Source: an uncultured bacterium | Lineage (GTDB): Bacteria > Patescibacteriota > Minisyncoccia > Phycocordibacterales > UBA9973 | Reading direction: 5' to 3' | DNA length: 39,010 nucleotides | Assembly: GCA_903892035.1 (NCBI GenBank) | Contig: CAITGV010000005.1 | Coordinates: 1 to 39,010 of the forward strand | Shown: piece after piece, positions 9,455 to 18,108 of the stretch | Layout: each line of letters opens with the position of its first letter | Position numbering within the stretch: position 1 is the stretch's first letter | Made by a program: the position numbers and the translations under genes | Notes under the pieces: model-generated | Told to the model about the DNA's origin: nothing | Seen by the model: only the letters and a program-made list of their open reading frames with translations | Database searches by the model: none

Positions 9455-9529
9455 ATGATTGTTTTTTATTATTGCTTCTTAACTTTACCGCGAAACTCGA
9501 CTCTTTTTGGATTCGTATCGGGTCTAGCT

Positions 9530-9558
9530 ATTTTATATTATTTATTCATCTTTGTCAA
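9530..9558 (-). promoter_or_regulatory. Sigma70 promoter of the csp gene
   Basis: TTGACA (9558-9553)-N17-TAAAAT (9535-9530), giving a 5'-UTR of about 70 nt. Confidence 0.8.
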
Positions 9559-9564
9559 ATGTTT

Positions 9565-10044
9565 CTATTTCGAAACTTCAGTAAGATCGCCATTTACTAT
9601 CTTAAACGTTCTTATTGTTTCGACAGTGGGCACCGTGACCATTGGTTCCGTCAATTTTCTATCAAGGTAATTTACAACAATATTTCCATTTTCACTTTTT
9701 ACACTTTCAGGAGTAATCCTATCACCCAAAAATGCTGGCTTTAAACCATCGTATCCTTTGTCTGTTTTAAGTGCTACAACTAAATAATAAAAAGTGCCAC
9801 TTCCACCAGGGTTTTCTGTAACCAAAAATGCAGCGTCTTGCTTTCCGTCACCATTGAAGTCCCCCATTAAATCATCACCAAAATAAGTGAATTTCATTTT
9901 AAAATCTGTATTTTTATAATCTACCGGAACTTCTTTTATTTTATTTTTTTGAAAAAATATTGGTGTAATAAAAGACAAAAAAGCAATTACAACAAAAATT
10001 ATTACAATATTCTTATTTGGTAAATGTCTTTTAATTTTATCCAT
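9565..10044 (-). CDS. Hypothetical membrane-anchored exported protein
   Basis: N-terminal TM, then a GDFNGDGKQDA Ca-binding-like loop and GGSGTFYYL; 159 aa. Confidence 0.8.
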   Translation of the reverse strand: MDKIKRHLPNKNIVIIFVVIAFLSFITPIFFQKNKIKEVPVDYKNTDFKMKFTYFGDDLMGDFNGDGKQDAAFLVTENPGGSGTFYYLVVALKTDKGYDGLKPAFLGDRITPESVKSENGNIVVNYLDRKLTEPMVTVPTVETIRTFKIVNGDLTEVSK

Positions 10045-10051
10045 ACTTACA

Positions 10052-10906
10052 TTATACTATACAATCACCGCAATAAACTTTTTCACCTTTTGTACAGTCG
10101 TCACAAGCGAGGAAGTGTAGATGGCAGAGATTGTTTTTACAATTTACATATTTTTCAGTTTTAGATTTACAAAGCTTGCAGGTACCGATGATTTCGCGAT
10201 CTCCACCAAAGTCCATCACTAGGCGGTTGTCGAAAGTATAAAGTGTACCCTGATAATCTTTACCAGGATATTTTTCCATATAAGTATGAATACCGCCATC
10301 CAATTGATAAACATTTTTAAAACCTTTATTCAATAAATATGCTGACATTTTTTCACAACGCACTCCGCCAGTACACACAGTAAGTACAGTTTTTTCTTTT
10401 ATAGGTTCAAGTTTTTCTAAGGCTTTTGGTAAATCACGAGAATTTTCAAGTTCTGGATTTATTGAATCCTTAAAATGTCCAGATGCAAATTCATAGTCAT
10501 TGCGCATATCAACCACGACAAAATCTTTTTGATTTTCATACCAATTTCGAAGTTCTTCTGGCGAAAGATATGGGGCAGTACGAATCCGTGGATCAGCTTC
10601 ATCGTAAGAAAAACGAGTACCCACAATTTCATCACGAACCTTTACTGATACTTTTGGAAACGATGATCCATCCCCTGCACTTCTTTTTATTTGAACATCA
10701 GAAAAACGCTCATCTTTTAAGAAGTTTTGTGCAAATTCTTCAGTAGACATAAACTTTCCTTCCATTGTGCCATTTATCCCTTCGTGTGCCACTATTACAC
10801 GCCCCCTTAACCCTAGATGCACCATTTGTGCTCGTAAGGTATCGGCTACCTCTTTTGGGTTTTCGATAGTAATGTATTTATAAAAAAGTAAAACTTGGTA
10901 CTGCAT
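10052..10906 (-). CDS. trhO: tRNA U34 hydroxylase TrhO (YceA/UPF0176 rhodanese-related)
   Basis: LFYKY, GRVIVAHEGINGT, VDMRNDYE...GHFK, CTGGVRCEK, YQLDGGIHTY, FDNR and a Cys-rich C-terminus. ATG at 10906 is preferred over GTG at 10912. Confidence 0.9.
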   Translation of the reverse strand: MQYQVLLFYKYITIENPKEVADTLRAQMVHLGLRGRVIVAHEGINGTMEGKFMSTEEFAQNFLKDERFSDVQIKRSAGDGSSFPKVSVKVRDEIVGTRFSYDEADPRIRTAPYLSPEELRNWYENQKDFVVVDMRNDYEFASGHFKDSINPELENSRDLPKALEKLEPIKEKTVLTVCTGGVRCEKMSAYLLNKGFKNVYQLDGGIHTYMEKYPGKDYQGTLYTFDNRLVMDFGGDREIIGTCKLCKSKTEKYVNCKNNLCHLHFLACDDCTKGEKVYCGDCIV

Positions 10907-10916
10907 AGGCACATAA

Positions 10917-10950
10917 TAGCAAAAGTTCCTCTTTAAAGGAACTTTTGCTA
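10917..10950 (-). terminator. Terminator after the SWIB gene, overlapping the trhO -10 box
   Basis: 14-bp perfect stem tagcaaaagttcct/aggaacttttgcta with a 6-nt loop. Confidence 0.75.
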
Positions 10951-10966
10951 AAAACTTTACTGTCGA

Positions 10967-11224
10967 TTAAGAAAGGTGCTTTGAAACCAACTTTGTCATT
11001 TCAAACATGTTTACTACAGCCTTGCCACCGAATACCGCCTTTAGAGGAGCGTCAGCAACAATATTTCTCTTTGCCTTTGGATCTTGTAGATTGTTCTTTT
11101 TAATGTAAACCCACAATGCCTTTACTACTTCAGAGCGAGGCATTGGACCCTTTCCAACAACTGCTGCGAGTTCTGGACTAATGTTCATCGGCTTCATAAA
11201 TGCTGATACTTTTTTTTCTGCCAT
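10967..11224 (-). CDS. Stand-alone SWIB/MDM2-domain protein
   Basis: FMKPM..SPELAAVVG..PMPRSEVVKALWVYIKKNNLQDP..KRNI.AD, then VFGGK..VNMFEMTKLVSKHL. Confidence 0.93.
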   Translation of the reverse strand: MAEKKVSAFMKPMNISPELAAVVGKGPMPRSEVVKALWVYIKKNNLQDPKAKRNIVADAPLKAVFGGKAVVNMFEMTKLVSKHLS

Positions 11225-11290
11225 ATTTTTTTGGCCACAAAGGCTTTGACACCAGAGGGCTTATATTAAATAATAATTTAAGACCCTTCT

Positions 11291-11346
11291 ATTATAGCAC
11301 AAATCCCCTTGTAAATGCCACAAGGGGGTGTAAAATGTGCTACAAT
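11291..11346. promoter_or_regulatory. Divergent extended -10 promoters flanking an 8-bp inverted repeat
   Basis: TGc-TATAAT on minus (11296-11291) and TGc-TACAAT on plus (11341-11346); ccccttgt-N7-acaagggg (11305-11327) lies between them. Confidence 0.65.
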
Positions 11347-11353
11347 TACTCTA

Positions 11354-12286
11354 ATGAAAAATTTCTTCATGCAGCCCATTAACGGAAAAATCCTTTTAGG
11401 AATTGGACTTTCTGTCGTATCACTTTCAAGTTTTGGCTATATTTTTTACACATATATTCATACAATAAATAAACTTGATGTATTATCTACTGATTTAGTA
11501 AATACCAAAAATGAATATCAGGCTAAAATATATGAAAACCAAACTGATATTAAAAAAATGTCAGATGAAATTAGTTCTATAGTAAATACTCTTACCGATG
11601 AACAGAAAAAAAGTTTATTAATTGGTGATCAGCTTGGTGCTATAGGTCAACAAGTTGGAGCCATTGGTGGAACAGTGGGAAATCTTGAAAAGCTTTCGAA
11701 AACTGACCCAGAATTACTTAAAAAATACTCAAAAGTATATTTTTTAAATGAACACTACGTTCCACTTTCACTTTCAAATATTGACTCAAAGTATTTAATT
11801 ATAAAAAATACTCCTCTTCAGATTCATAGTAGCGTTGCACCTTATTTACAAAGATTACTTGATGATTCTACTTCCTCTGGTTTATCACCAGAAATTATTT
11901 CTGCATTTCGTTCGTTTGGAAGCCAGGCACTTTTAAAATCTAGTTACAAGTTTACCTACGGCGCTGGTACTGCAAATGCTTTTTCCGCCGAACAAGGTTA
12001 CTCAGAACACCAGCTTGGCACCACTGTTGACTTTGCAACTCCTACGACTGGCACTGGTTTTTCTGGTTTTGATAAAACTCCAGAATATACTTGGCTTACC
12101 AACAATGCTTATAAATATGGCTTCATAATTTCCTATCCTGAAAATAATTCATATTATAAATACGAACCATGGCATTGGAGATTTGTCGGTGTTGCTCTTG
12201 CTACAACTCTTCATAATAGAAATGAATACTTTTACAATATGGACCAGCGTGAAATTGACACATATTTGGCAAATATTTTTGATTAG
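11354..12286 (+). CDS. M15B (VanY-like) D-Ala-D-Ala carboxypeptidase with TM anchor and coiled coil
   Basis: SAFRSF..Q, SEHQLG..VD and EPWHWRFVG Zn motifs. Start set at ATG 11354, 7 nt after TACAAT. Confidence 0.9.
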   Translation: MKNFFMQPINGKILLGIGLSVVSLSSFGYIFYTYIHTINKLDVLSTDLVNTKNEYQAKIYENQTDIKKMSDEISSIVNTLTDEQKKSLLIGDQLGAIGQQVGAIGGTVGNLEKLSKTDPELLKKYSKVYFLNEHYVPLSLSNIDSKYLIIKNTPLQIHSSVAPYLQRLLDDSTSSGLSPEIISAFRSFGSQALLKSSYKFTYGAGTANAFSAEQGYSEHQLGTTVDFATPTTGTGFSGFDKTPEYTWLTNNAYKYGFIISYPENNSYYKYEPWHWRFVGVALATTLHNRNEYFYNMDQREIDTYLANIFD

Positions 12287-12329
12287 GTGTATTATGTACA
12301 TTATTAGAGTTAAGTAGTAATATAAATAT

Positions 12330-13322
12330 ATGAAATGGACAGCCGAATCAGTAACCCCAATGCATCCCGATAAAATTTGTGACCGCATAAGTGACGGTAT
12401 TTTGGACGCATGTTTAACAATTGACCCATATTCTCGCGTAGCGGCAGAAGCTATGGGTGGACACGGTGTCGTATGCATAACTGGAGAGCTCACAACAAAT
12501 GCTTATATTGATATTCGAGGTATTGTAGAAAAAGCTGTAGGAAAGCCTTACGGAGTGCAGATAAATATAGTTAAACAATCAAATGAAATTGCTCAAGGGG
12601 TAGATATAGGAGGAGCTGGTGACCAAGGAGTAATGGTTGGTTTTGCTTGTAGAGAAACTCCAGAACTTATGCCAAAAGAGGTAATGCTTGCTCGAAGACT
12701 CGGACAATTTATTTTCGCTCGAGCACCTTACGATGGAAAAACTCAAATTACTTGGGATTCTGACACAGACGAAGTCGGTACAGTTATCGCTTCATTTCAA
12801 AATACTACAGTTGTACAACTCGAAGGCTATGTTAAAGAATGGTTGAGTGATAAAAAAGTTGCAAGTGATTTAAAAATCCATTGCAATCCGGCTGGTGAAT
12901 GGAAAATGGGTGGTTTTGATGCTGATACAGGACTAACTGGTAGAAAAATTGTTGTAGATCAATATGGTTTGCGTTGCCCTATCGGTGGAGGAGCATTTTC
13001 TGGTAAAGACGCTACGAAAGTAGACCGCTCTGGTGCTTATATTGCACGCAAGAAAGCTATCACAATTTTGAGTGAAAATCTTGATGCAAAAGAAGTTACT
13101 TTCTACCTTGGTTATGCAATTGGAATTGCTGAGCCAGTATGGGCAAAAGCTTTGATGATCATGAATGATGGTACAAAAAAAGAAATTGACTACAAAGAAG
13201 GTCTTGAAGTATTTACTCCAAACAAAATTATTGAAATTCTAAAACTTTACGAACCAAAGTTTGCAAAAACTGCAGAATGGGGACATTTTGGTAATGGTTT
13301 CGACTGGGACGTCGGATTCTAA
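12330..13322 (+). CDS. metK: S-adenosylmethionine synthetase (compact)
   Basis: ESVT..HPDK.CDRISD, GAGDQG, DTGLTGRK, GGGAFSGKDATKVDRSGAY, GHFG. Confidence 0.93.
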   Translation: MKWTAESVTPMHPDKICDRISDGILDACLTIDPYSRVAAEAMGGHGVVCITGELTTNAYIDIRGIVEKAVGKPYGVQINIVKQSNEIAQGVDIGGAGDQGVMVGFACRETPELMPKEVMLARRLGQFIFARAPYDGKTQITWDSDTDEVGTVIASFQNTTVVQLEGYVKEWLSDKKVASDLKIHCNPAGEWKMGGFDADTGLTGRKIVVDQYGLRCPIGGGAFSGKDATKVDRSGAYIARKKAITILSENLDAKEVTFYLGYAIGIAEPVWAKALMIMNDGTKKEIDYKEGLEVFTPNKIIEILKLYEPKFAKTAEWGHFGNGFDWDVGF

Positions 13323-13332
13323 AATTAAATAT

Positions 13333-14796
13333 TTATTTAAGTATCCCAACTACTACTTCAATACGGGAGAGCGTTTCGTTTTTACCTAAAACTGAAGCTA
13401 CTGTAAAAGGGTCAGGAGAGCGTTCGAGGCCTGTGAGTGAAAAACGCATTGGGTGAAGCACCGAACCTCGGTCCCCTAATGCATCAGCAAAAGCCATAAT
13501 TTTTTCTTTTATATTTTCTAAAGTAAAATTATCATTAGAAATTTCATTTAAAATTTCTTTAATTTTATTTAAGTTTAGAATTGTATTTTCTTTATCAGAT
13601 TTTTTCCAAATAAGTTTTACAGGATCAACATTTGGCACAGAAAAAAAGAAATCAAGCTCACCTGCCTCACACATTTCTGTAACTTCACCAAATTTTTTAA
13701 TTCTATCAATTACGATTGGAACAATATTATGTAAACGCTCGATGGAAAATTGTGGCAAATTTTTAATTTTTTCAGACAAAAATTTTGTTATCATTTCTTC
13801 CTGGTCTTCATAATTCATTTTCTTTATATGCTCCTTATTTAGCCAATCTAGTTTTTCATCATTGAAACCACCACCAGCATTTTGAATTTTTTTTAAATCA
13901 AAGGCGTCAATTAATTCTTGTTTCGAAAAAACTTCTTGTTCTGTGCCAGGATTCCAACCAATAAGAGCCAAGAAATTTATCATAGCCTCCGGTAAATAAC
14001 CCTCTGCTCTATATTCAAGCAAATCTTTTGCACCATCTCTTTTACCCATTTTTTTATTACCTTCTGTAGCCATTATATGAGGCAAGCAGGCGTATAGCGG
14101 AGGTTTGATTCCCATTGATTCATAAACAGAGAGGTACCTAGGAGTAGAAGAAATATATTCTTGTCCACGCATTACAAGTGTAATACCCATTTCAATATCA
14201 TCTACAATGTGGGCAAAATTGTAAGTTGGGTAACCGTCACTTTTTATTAAAATAAAATCATCGAGAGCTTCAGGACCCGCAGACAAATCCCCAAATACTT
14301 CATCATGCCATGAATAACTTTTTATCTCTGGAACCTTAAATCGTAATGGTTTCGTACCGTCCCATACATCAAATTTTTCTGGTCTGTGTTCTCTGAAAAG
14401 AAAAGCTCTTTTTTCCTCTTCTGCTTTTTTTCTAAAACTTTCTACTTCTTCATTTGTATATGGATCTGGATATGCAAGACCTTTTTCAATAAGTTTTTGA
14501 GCGTATTTATTGTATAAATCTAGGCGATCAGACTGCTTATATGGAGCGTGAGGGCCACCGACAACCATTCCTTCATCCCAATCAATACCAAGCCACTCAA
14601 GCGACTCTATGATGTGTTCAATTGAGCCAGGCACTTCTCGAACTTTGTCAGTATCTTCAATTCTTAAAATATATGTTCCCTTATTTTTTCTAGTCCAAAG
14701 GTAAGCAAAAAGCGCAGAACGAACATTGCCCACATGCATAAAACCCGTAGGACTCGGGGCAAAACGTGTTACAACTTTTTTATGATTATCATTCAT
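13333..14796 (-). CDS. gltX: Glutamate--tRNA ligase
   Basis: RFAPSPTGFMHVGN, LRIEDTD, PTYNFAHIVDD, RGQEY, KKMGKR, C-terminal SPD. ATG at 14796 lies 1 nt after the murG stop (alternative start 14808). Confidence 0.96.
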   Translation of the reverse strand: MNDNHKKVVTRFAPSPTGFMHVGNVRSALFAYLWTRKNKGTYILRIEDTDKVREVPGSIEHIIESLEWLGIDWDEGMVVGGPHAPYKQSDRLDLYNKYAQKLIEKGLAYPDPYTNEEVESFRKKAEEEKRAFLFREHRPEKFDVWDGTKPLRFKVPEIKSYSWHDEVFGDLSAGPEALDDFILIKSDGYPTYNFAHIVDDIEMGITLVMRGQEYISSTPRYLSVYESMGIKPPLYACLPHIMATEGNKKMGKRDGAKDLLEYRAEGYLPEAMINFLALIGWNPGTEQEVFSKQELIDAFDLKKIQNAGGGFNDEKLDWLNKEHIKKMNYEDQEEMITKFLSEKIKNLPQFSIERLHNIVPIVIDRIKKFGEVTEMCEAGELDFFFSVPNVDPVKLIWKKSDKENTILNLNKIKEILNEISNDNFTLENIKEKIMAFADALGDRGSVLHPMRFSLTGLERSPDPFTVASVLGKNETLSRIEVVVGILK

Positions 14797-14797
14797 A

Positions 14798-15922
14798 TTA
14801 TTGTTCATGAGAGAGCGCTATGTCGACTAACTCTTTTGCGATTTTTTCGGCAGCATCAGGTTTCCCAAAATTCTTTGCATTTTTTGCCATACTTTCCAAA
14901 CGTGTTTTATTTGCAATCAGTTTATCAACTTCTTGAATTAAAATATTTGGTGTAAGATTTGTTTCCTCTATGACATCACAAGCTCCAGCTCGAGCATAAT
15001 TGAAAGCATTTTTTCTTGCATGATCACCATTTGATTTATTAAATGGAATTAAAATTGAAGGCAAACCCCAAGATGCAATTTCAAAAATTGTTGAGCCAGC
15101 TCTTGAGATCACAAGAGTAGATGCACCTGCCGACATTTTTATAGCCAAAGAATTTAAAAATCCAAAAGATTTATATCTGTCTTTCAATTCATCGGTCAAA
15201 ATTACACTCACTCTTTCATTTGTATTTTCGACATTATTTGTTCCAACTTGATGAATAATTTGATATCTCTTAAGAAGTTCGGGAAGCGCGTCGATAACAG
15301 TATTGTTTATAATTTCTGCACCTTGTGATCCACCAAGAACAAACAGGACGGGCATGCTTGGATTTAATTTCAAATATTCAAAAGCACCCTCTTTTTCTAT
15401 GTGTGTTATTTCACTTCGAATTGGCTGTCCGGTTAGTACAGTTTTATCTTTTGGGAAATATTCTCCAGCTTCATCGTAAGAAATAGCAATTGCTTTTGCA
15501 AATTTACTTGCCCATAAATTTACTCGTCCTGGAGCACAATCAGATTCATGTATTACTACTGGAATTCTTAATATTTTTGCAGCAAAAAGTACTGGGAAAC
15601 TCGCATAGCCACCTTTACCAAAAATAACATCGGGGTAAATTGTAAAAACTTTTATCAATGCTTCAATTATACCAACTCCTGTTTTAAAAAAATCAAAAAA
15701 ATTCAAAAGTGAAAAATATGTGCGCATTTTTCCAGCATTCACTTGCTCAAAAATAATGCCATTTTCAAAAAGTGCATTTTTATCGTATGGACTAGTAGAA
15801 ACAAAGTACAACTTCGCACCAATAATTTTCTCTTTGTCAATTATTTGATTGACCTTTTCAGCTATAGCAATTATTGGGTAAAAATGCCCTCCTGTCCCCC
15901 CTCCAGTAAATAATATCTTCAT
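14798..15922 (-). CDS. murG: UDP-GlcNAc:lipid I transferase
   Basis: TGGGTGGHFYP, GKGGYASFP, IHESD..PG..N, GQPIR, GGSQGA, SRAG. Confidence 0.96.
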   Translation of the reverse strand: MKILFTGGGTGGHFYPIIAIAEKVNQIIDKEKIIGAKLYFVSTSPYDKNALFENGIIFEQVNAGKMRTYFSLLNFFDFFKTGVGIIEALIKVFTIYPDVIFGKGGYASFPVLFAAKILRIPVVIHESDCAPGRVNLWASKFAKAIAISYDEAGEYFPKDKTVLTGQPIRSEITHIEKEGAFEYLKLNPSMPVLFVLGGSQGAEIINNTVIDALPELLKRYQIIHQVGTNNVENTNERVSVILTDELKDRYKSFGFLNSLAIKMSAGASTLVISRAGSTIFEIASWGLPSILIPFNKSNGDHARKNAFNYARAGACDVIEETNLTPNILIQEVDKLIANKTRLESMAKNAKNFGKPDAAEKIAKELVDIALSHEQ

Positions 15923-15951
15923 AAGTCTTTATTTTACATCACTTTTACAAC

Positions 15952-17052
15952 TTATGCCACTTTATTATTTTGATGTTTAGAAATTTGTAGCATTATACCC
16001 ACCATACCCAAAGCAACAGCAAGAGATGTTCCACCTTGGCTCACAAATACCAGAGGTACGCCAGTTAGTGGGAAAAGTCCAACAATTGAAGCAATATTTA
16101 AAAATGATTGTGTCATTATAACCATCATTACACCCACTCCAAGTAAACGACTAAACTGGTCAGGTGCATGGTTTGCAATCTTAAGTCCACGAACACCTAG
16201 AATGATAAATATTAGTATTAAAATTGAACCACCAATAAAACCGAGCTCTTCACCCACAATAGCAAAAATAGAATCTCCTTGAGGTTCTGGTAAATAATTA
16301 AATTTCTGCACACTTTGTCCATATCCTCTTCCAAAAATTCCACCCGAACCAATTGCTATCAATGATTGATTGAGCTGGTACGACGAACCAGTAATATCAC
16401 TCGAAGGATTTATATACGTCTTTATTCTAGATGCAACATAAGGGCGAAAAATTGCTAAAACTAAAACTAATGCCACACCTACACCAATAAAACCAACTAT
16501 CCATTTCCAATTTAATCCCGATACAAAAAGCATTACGATTCCAGCTGATCCCATGATTATCAAACTTTTTGTGTCCGGCTGTTTCAATAAAATACCAGCA
16601 ACCAAAGCAAGTAAAATTGCAAATGGTATAATTCCAATTTTCATATTCATAGATTTATTTCGAAGCCACGAAAGCCAAGCAGCCAAATATATGACAAAAC
16701 CAAGTTTCAAAAATTCTACAGGTTGAAAAGAAACAGGTCCTAAAGCAATCCAGCGTCTTGCTCCTCCGTGGGAAAATCCTATATGAGGGACAAAGACAAG
16801 TGCCGTAATACCAATTGCAGCAAGAAAAATGTAAAGTGAATGTTTTCTCCAAAATTTATATGGAATTTTTGAAAAAGCATAAAGAGCTATCAGACCAAAA
16901 ACTAAACCTAGTACCAATTGACTCAATAAAACTGAATAAAATTGACTCTGACTTTTCGCCAATATTCCAAGTGAAGCTGAAAAAAATATTAAAAGACCCC
17001 CAAATAGGAGTACGAGTGTGATACCTAAAAATGTCTTATCCATTTTTTTCAT
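15952..17052 (-). CDS. ftsW: SEDS peptidoglycan polymerase FtsW
   Basis: GGARRWI, FQPVEFLK, QPD, YQ..QSLIAIGSGG..GRG, LPEPQGDSIFA, PLTGVPL.FVSQGG; dcw gene context. Confidence 0.92.
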   Translation of the reverse strand: MKKMDKTFLGITLVLLFGGLLIFFSASLGILAKSQSQFYSVLLSQLVLGLVFGLIALYAFSKIPYKFWRKHSLYIFLAAIGITALVFVPHIGFSHGGARRWIALGPVSFQPVEFLKLGFVIYLAAWLSWLRNKSMNMKIGIIPFAILLALVAGILLKQPDTKSLIIMGSAGIVMLFVSGLNWKWIVGFIGVGVALVLVLAIFRPYVASRIKTYINPSSDITGSSYQLNQSLIAIGSGGIFGRGYGQSVQKFNYLPEPQGDSIFAIVGEELGFIGGSILILIFIILGVRGLKIANHAPDQFSRLLGVGVMMVIMTQSFLNIASIVGLFPLTGVPLVFVSQGGTSLAVALGMVGIMLQISKHQNNKVA

Positions 17053-17055
17053 ATT

Positions 17056-18108
17056 TTATATTAGTGTAATTATTATTCCAATTACTGCAAAAAGAACAGA
17101 GAGAATCCAGTAGCGCATTGTGACTTTTGAAGCTGGCCAGCCGACAACCTGAAAATGGTGATGAAGGGGTGCAACATGAAAAATCTTTTTTCCATTACGA
17201 AATTTTTTAGACAAAACCTGAGCGACGCTTGAAAGTGATGTAGCCACTAGCGGAAAAGCAATTATTGGCAAAACGGCTACAGCCTTAGTTAGAAATGCTA
17301 CAACTACAAGAGTGGTAGTAAGAGCCATTGTACCAGTTTCAGAAAGATAAAATCTTGCAGGAGGAACATTGAACCAAAGAAAAGCCAAAAGTGAACCGAC
17401 TATTACCATACAAAATGCTGAAAGATCTACTTGGTGATTATGAAAAGCAATTATTGCATATGATGAAAAAATTACTGCAAATACTCCTCCAGCAAGACCA
17501 TCTATGCCATCGATTATTCCACCCGAATAAATTCCTATCATAAAAATAATAAATAGTGGTATAAACATATACCCCAATTGTATTTCTCCAAAAGATGGAA
17601 CAATTATAGAATGAACTCCGAGCTTAAAAAAGAACCACCAAGCTCCTATAATAGCTAAAAACAAAACAACAATAATTCTTTTCTTTAACGAAAGTCCTCC
17701 ACCAACATATTGTCCTTTATCTGAAACTACAAGATAATCATCTACCAAGCCAACAATAGCACCAACCAGAAGAGTGAAGAGTGGAAGCCAAGTTTGATTT
17801 CTACTCAAAAAAGAAAGCTTGTCCGCATCAGCATTTGTCGTAAAAAATGAAAATAAAAATATTACTAGTATTGTAAGAAATGCACTACCCCAAACAATTA
17901 TTCCACCCATCCTGGGTGTTTTCCGTCCTTCATCATTATGCAATTTTGAAGTAATTGGTGTATCGATACCATCTAGAGATTTTCCCACGCTAGACTTTTT
18001 CCAAAATTTATGACGATATAAAAAACCACTTATAGATGGTTCAATTAAAAATCCTATTATAAAGGATATTGTGGCTGGCAGAAAAATTTTTACAGCATCA
18101 GTAATCAT
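17056..18108 (-). CDS. mraY: Phospho-N-acetylmuramoyl-pentapeptide transferase
   Basis: KTPRMGG, GLVDD, DGIDGL, FNVPPARFYL, APLHHHF. Confidence 0.95.
   Translation of the reverse strand: MITDAVKIFLPATISFIIGFLIEPSISGFLYRHKFWKKSSVGKSLDGIDTPITSKLHNDEGRKTPRMGGIIVWGSAFLTILVIFLFSFFTTNADADKLSFLSRNQTWLPLFTLLVGAIVGLVDDYLVVSDKGQYVGGGLSLKKRIIVVLFLAIIGAWWFFFKLGVHSIIVPSFGEIQLGYMFIPLFIIFMIGIYSGGIIDGIDGLAGGVFAVIFSSYAIIAFHNHQVDLSAFCMVIVGSLLAFLWFNVPPARFYLSETGTMALTTTLVVVAFLTKAVAVLPIIAFPLVATSLSSVAQVLSKKFRNGKKIFHVAPLHHHFQVVGWPASKVTMRYWILSVLFAVIGIIITLI

Noticed and set aside
11354-12286. Vancomycin-resistance cluster
   Set aside because: Lone VanY-like peptidase with no vanHAX or vanRS; more likely housekeeping wall remodelling.
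12287-12329. SAM riboswitch before metK
   Set aside because: The 43-bp AT-rich gap is too short and has no aptamer core.
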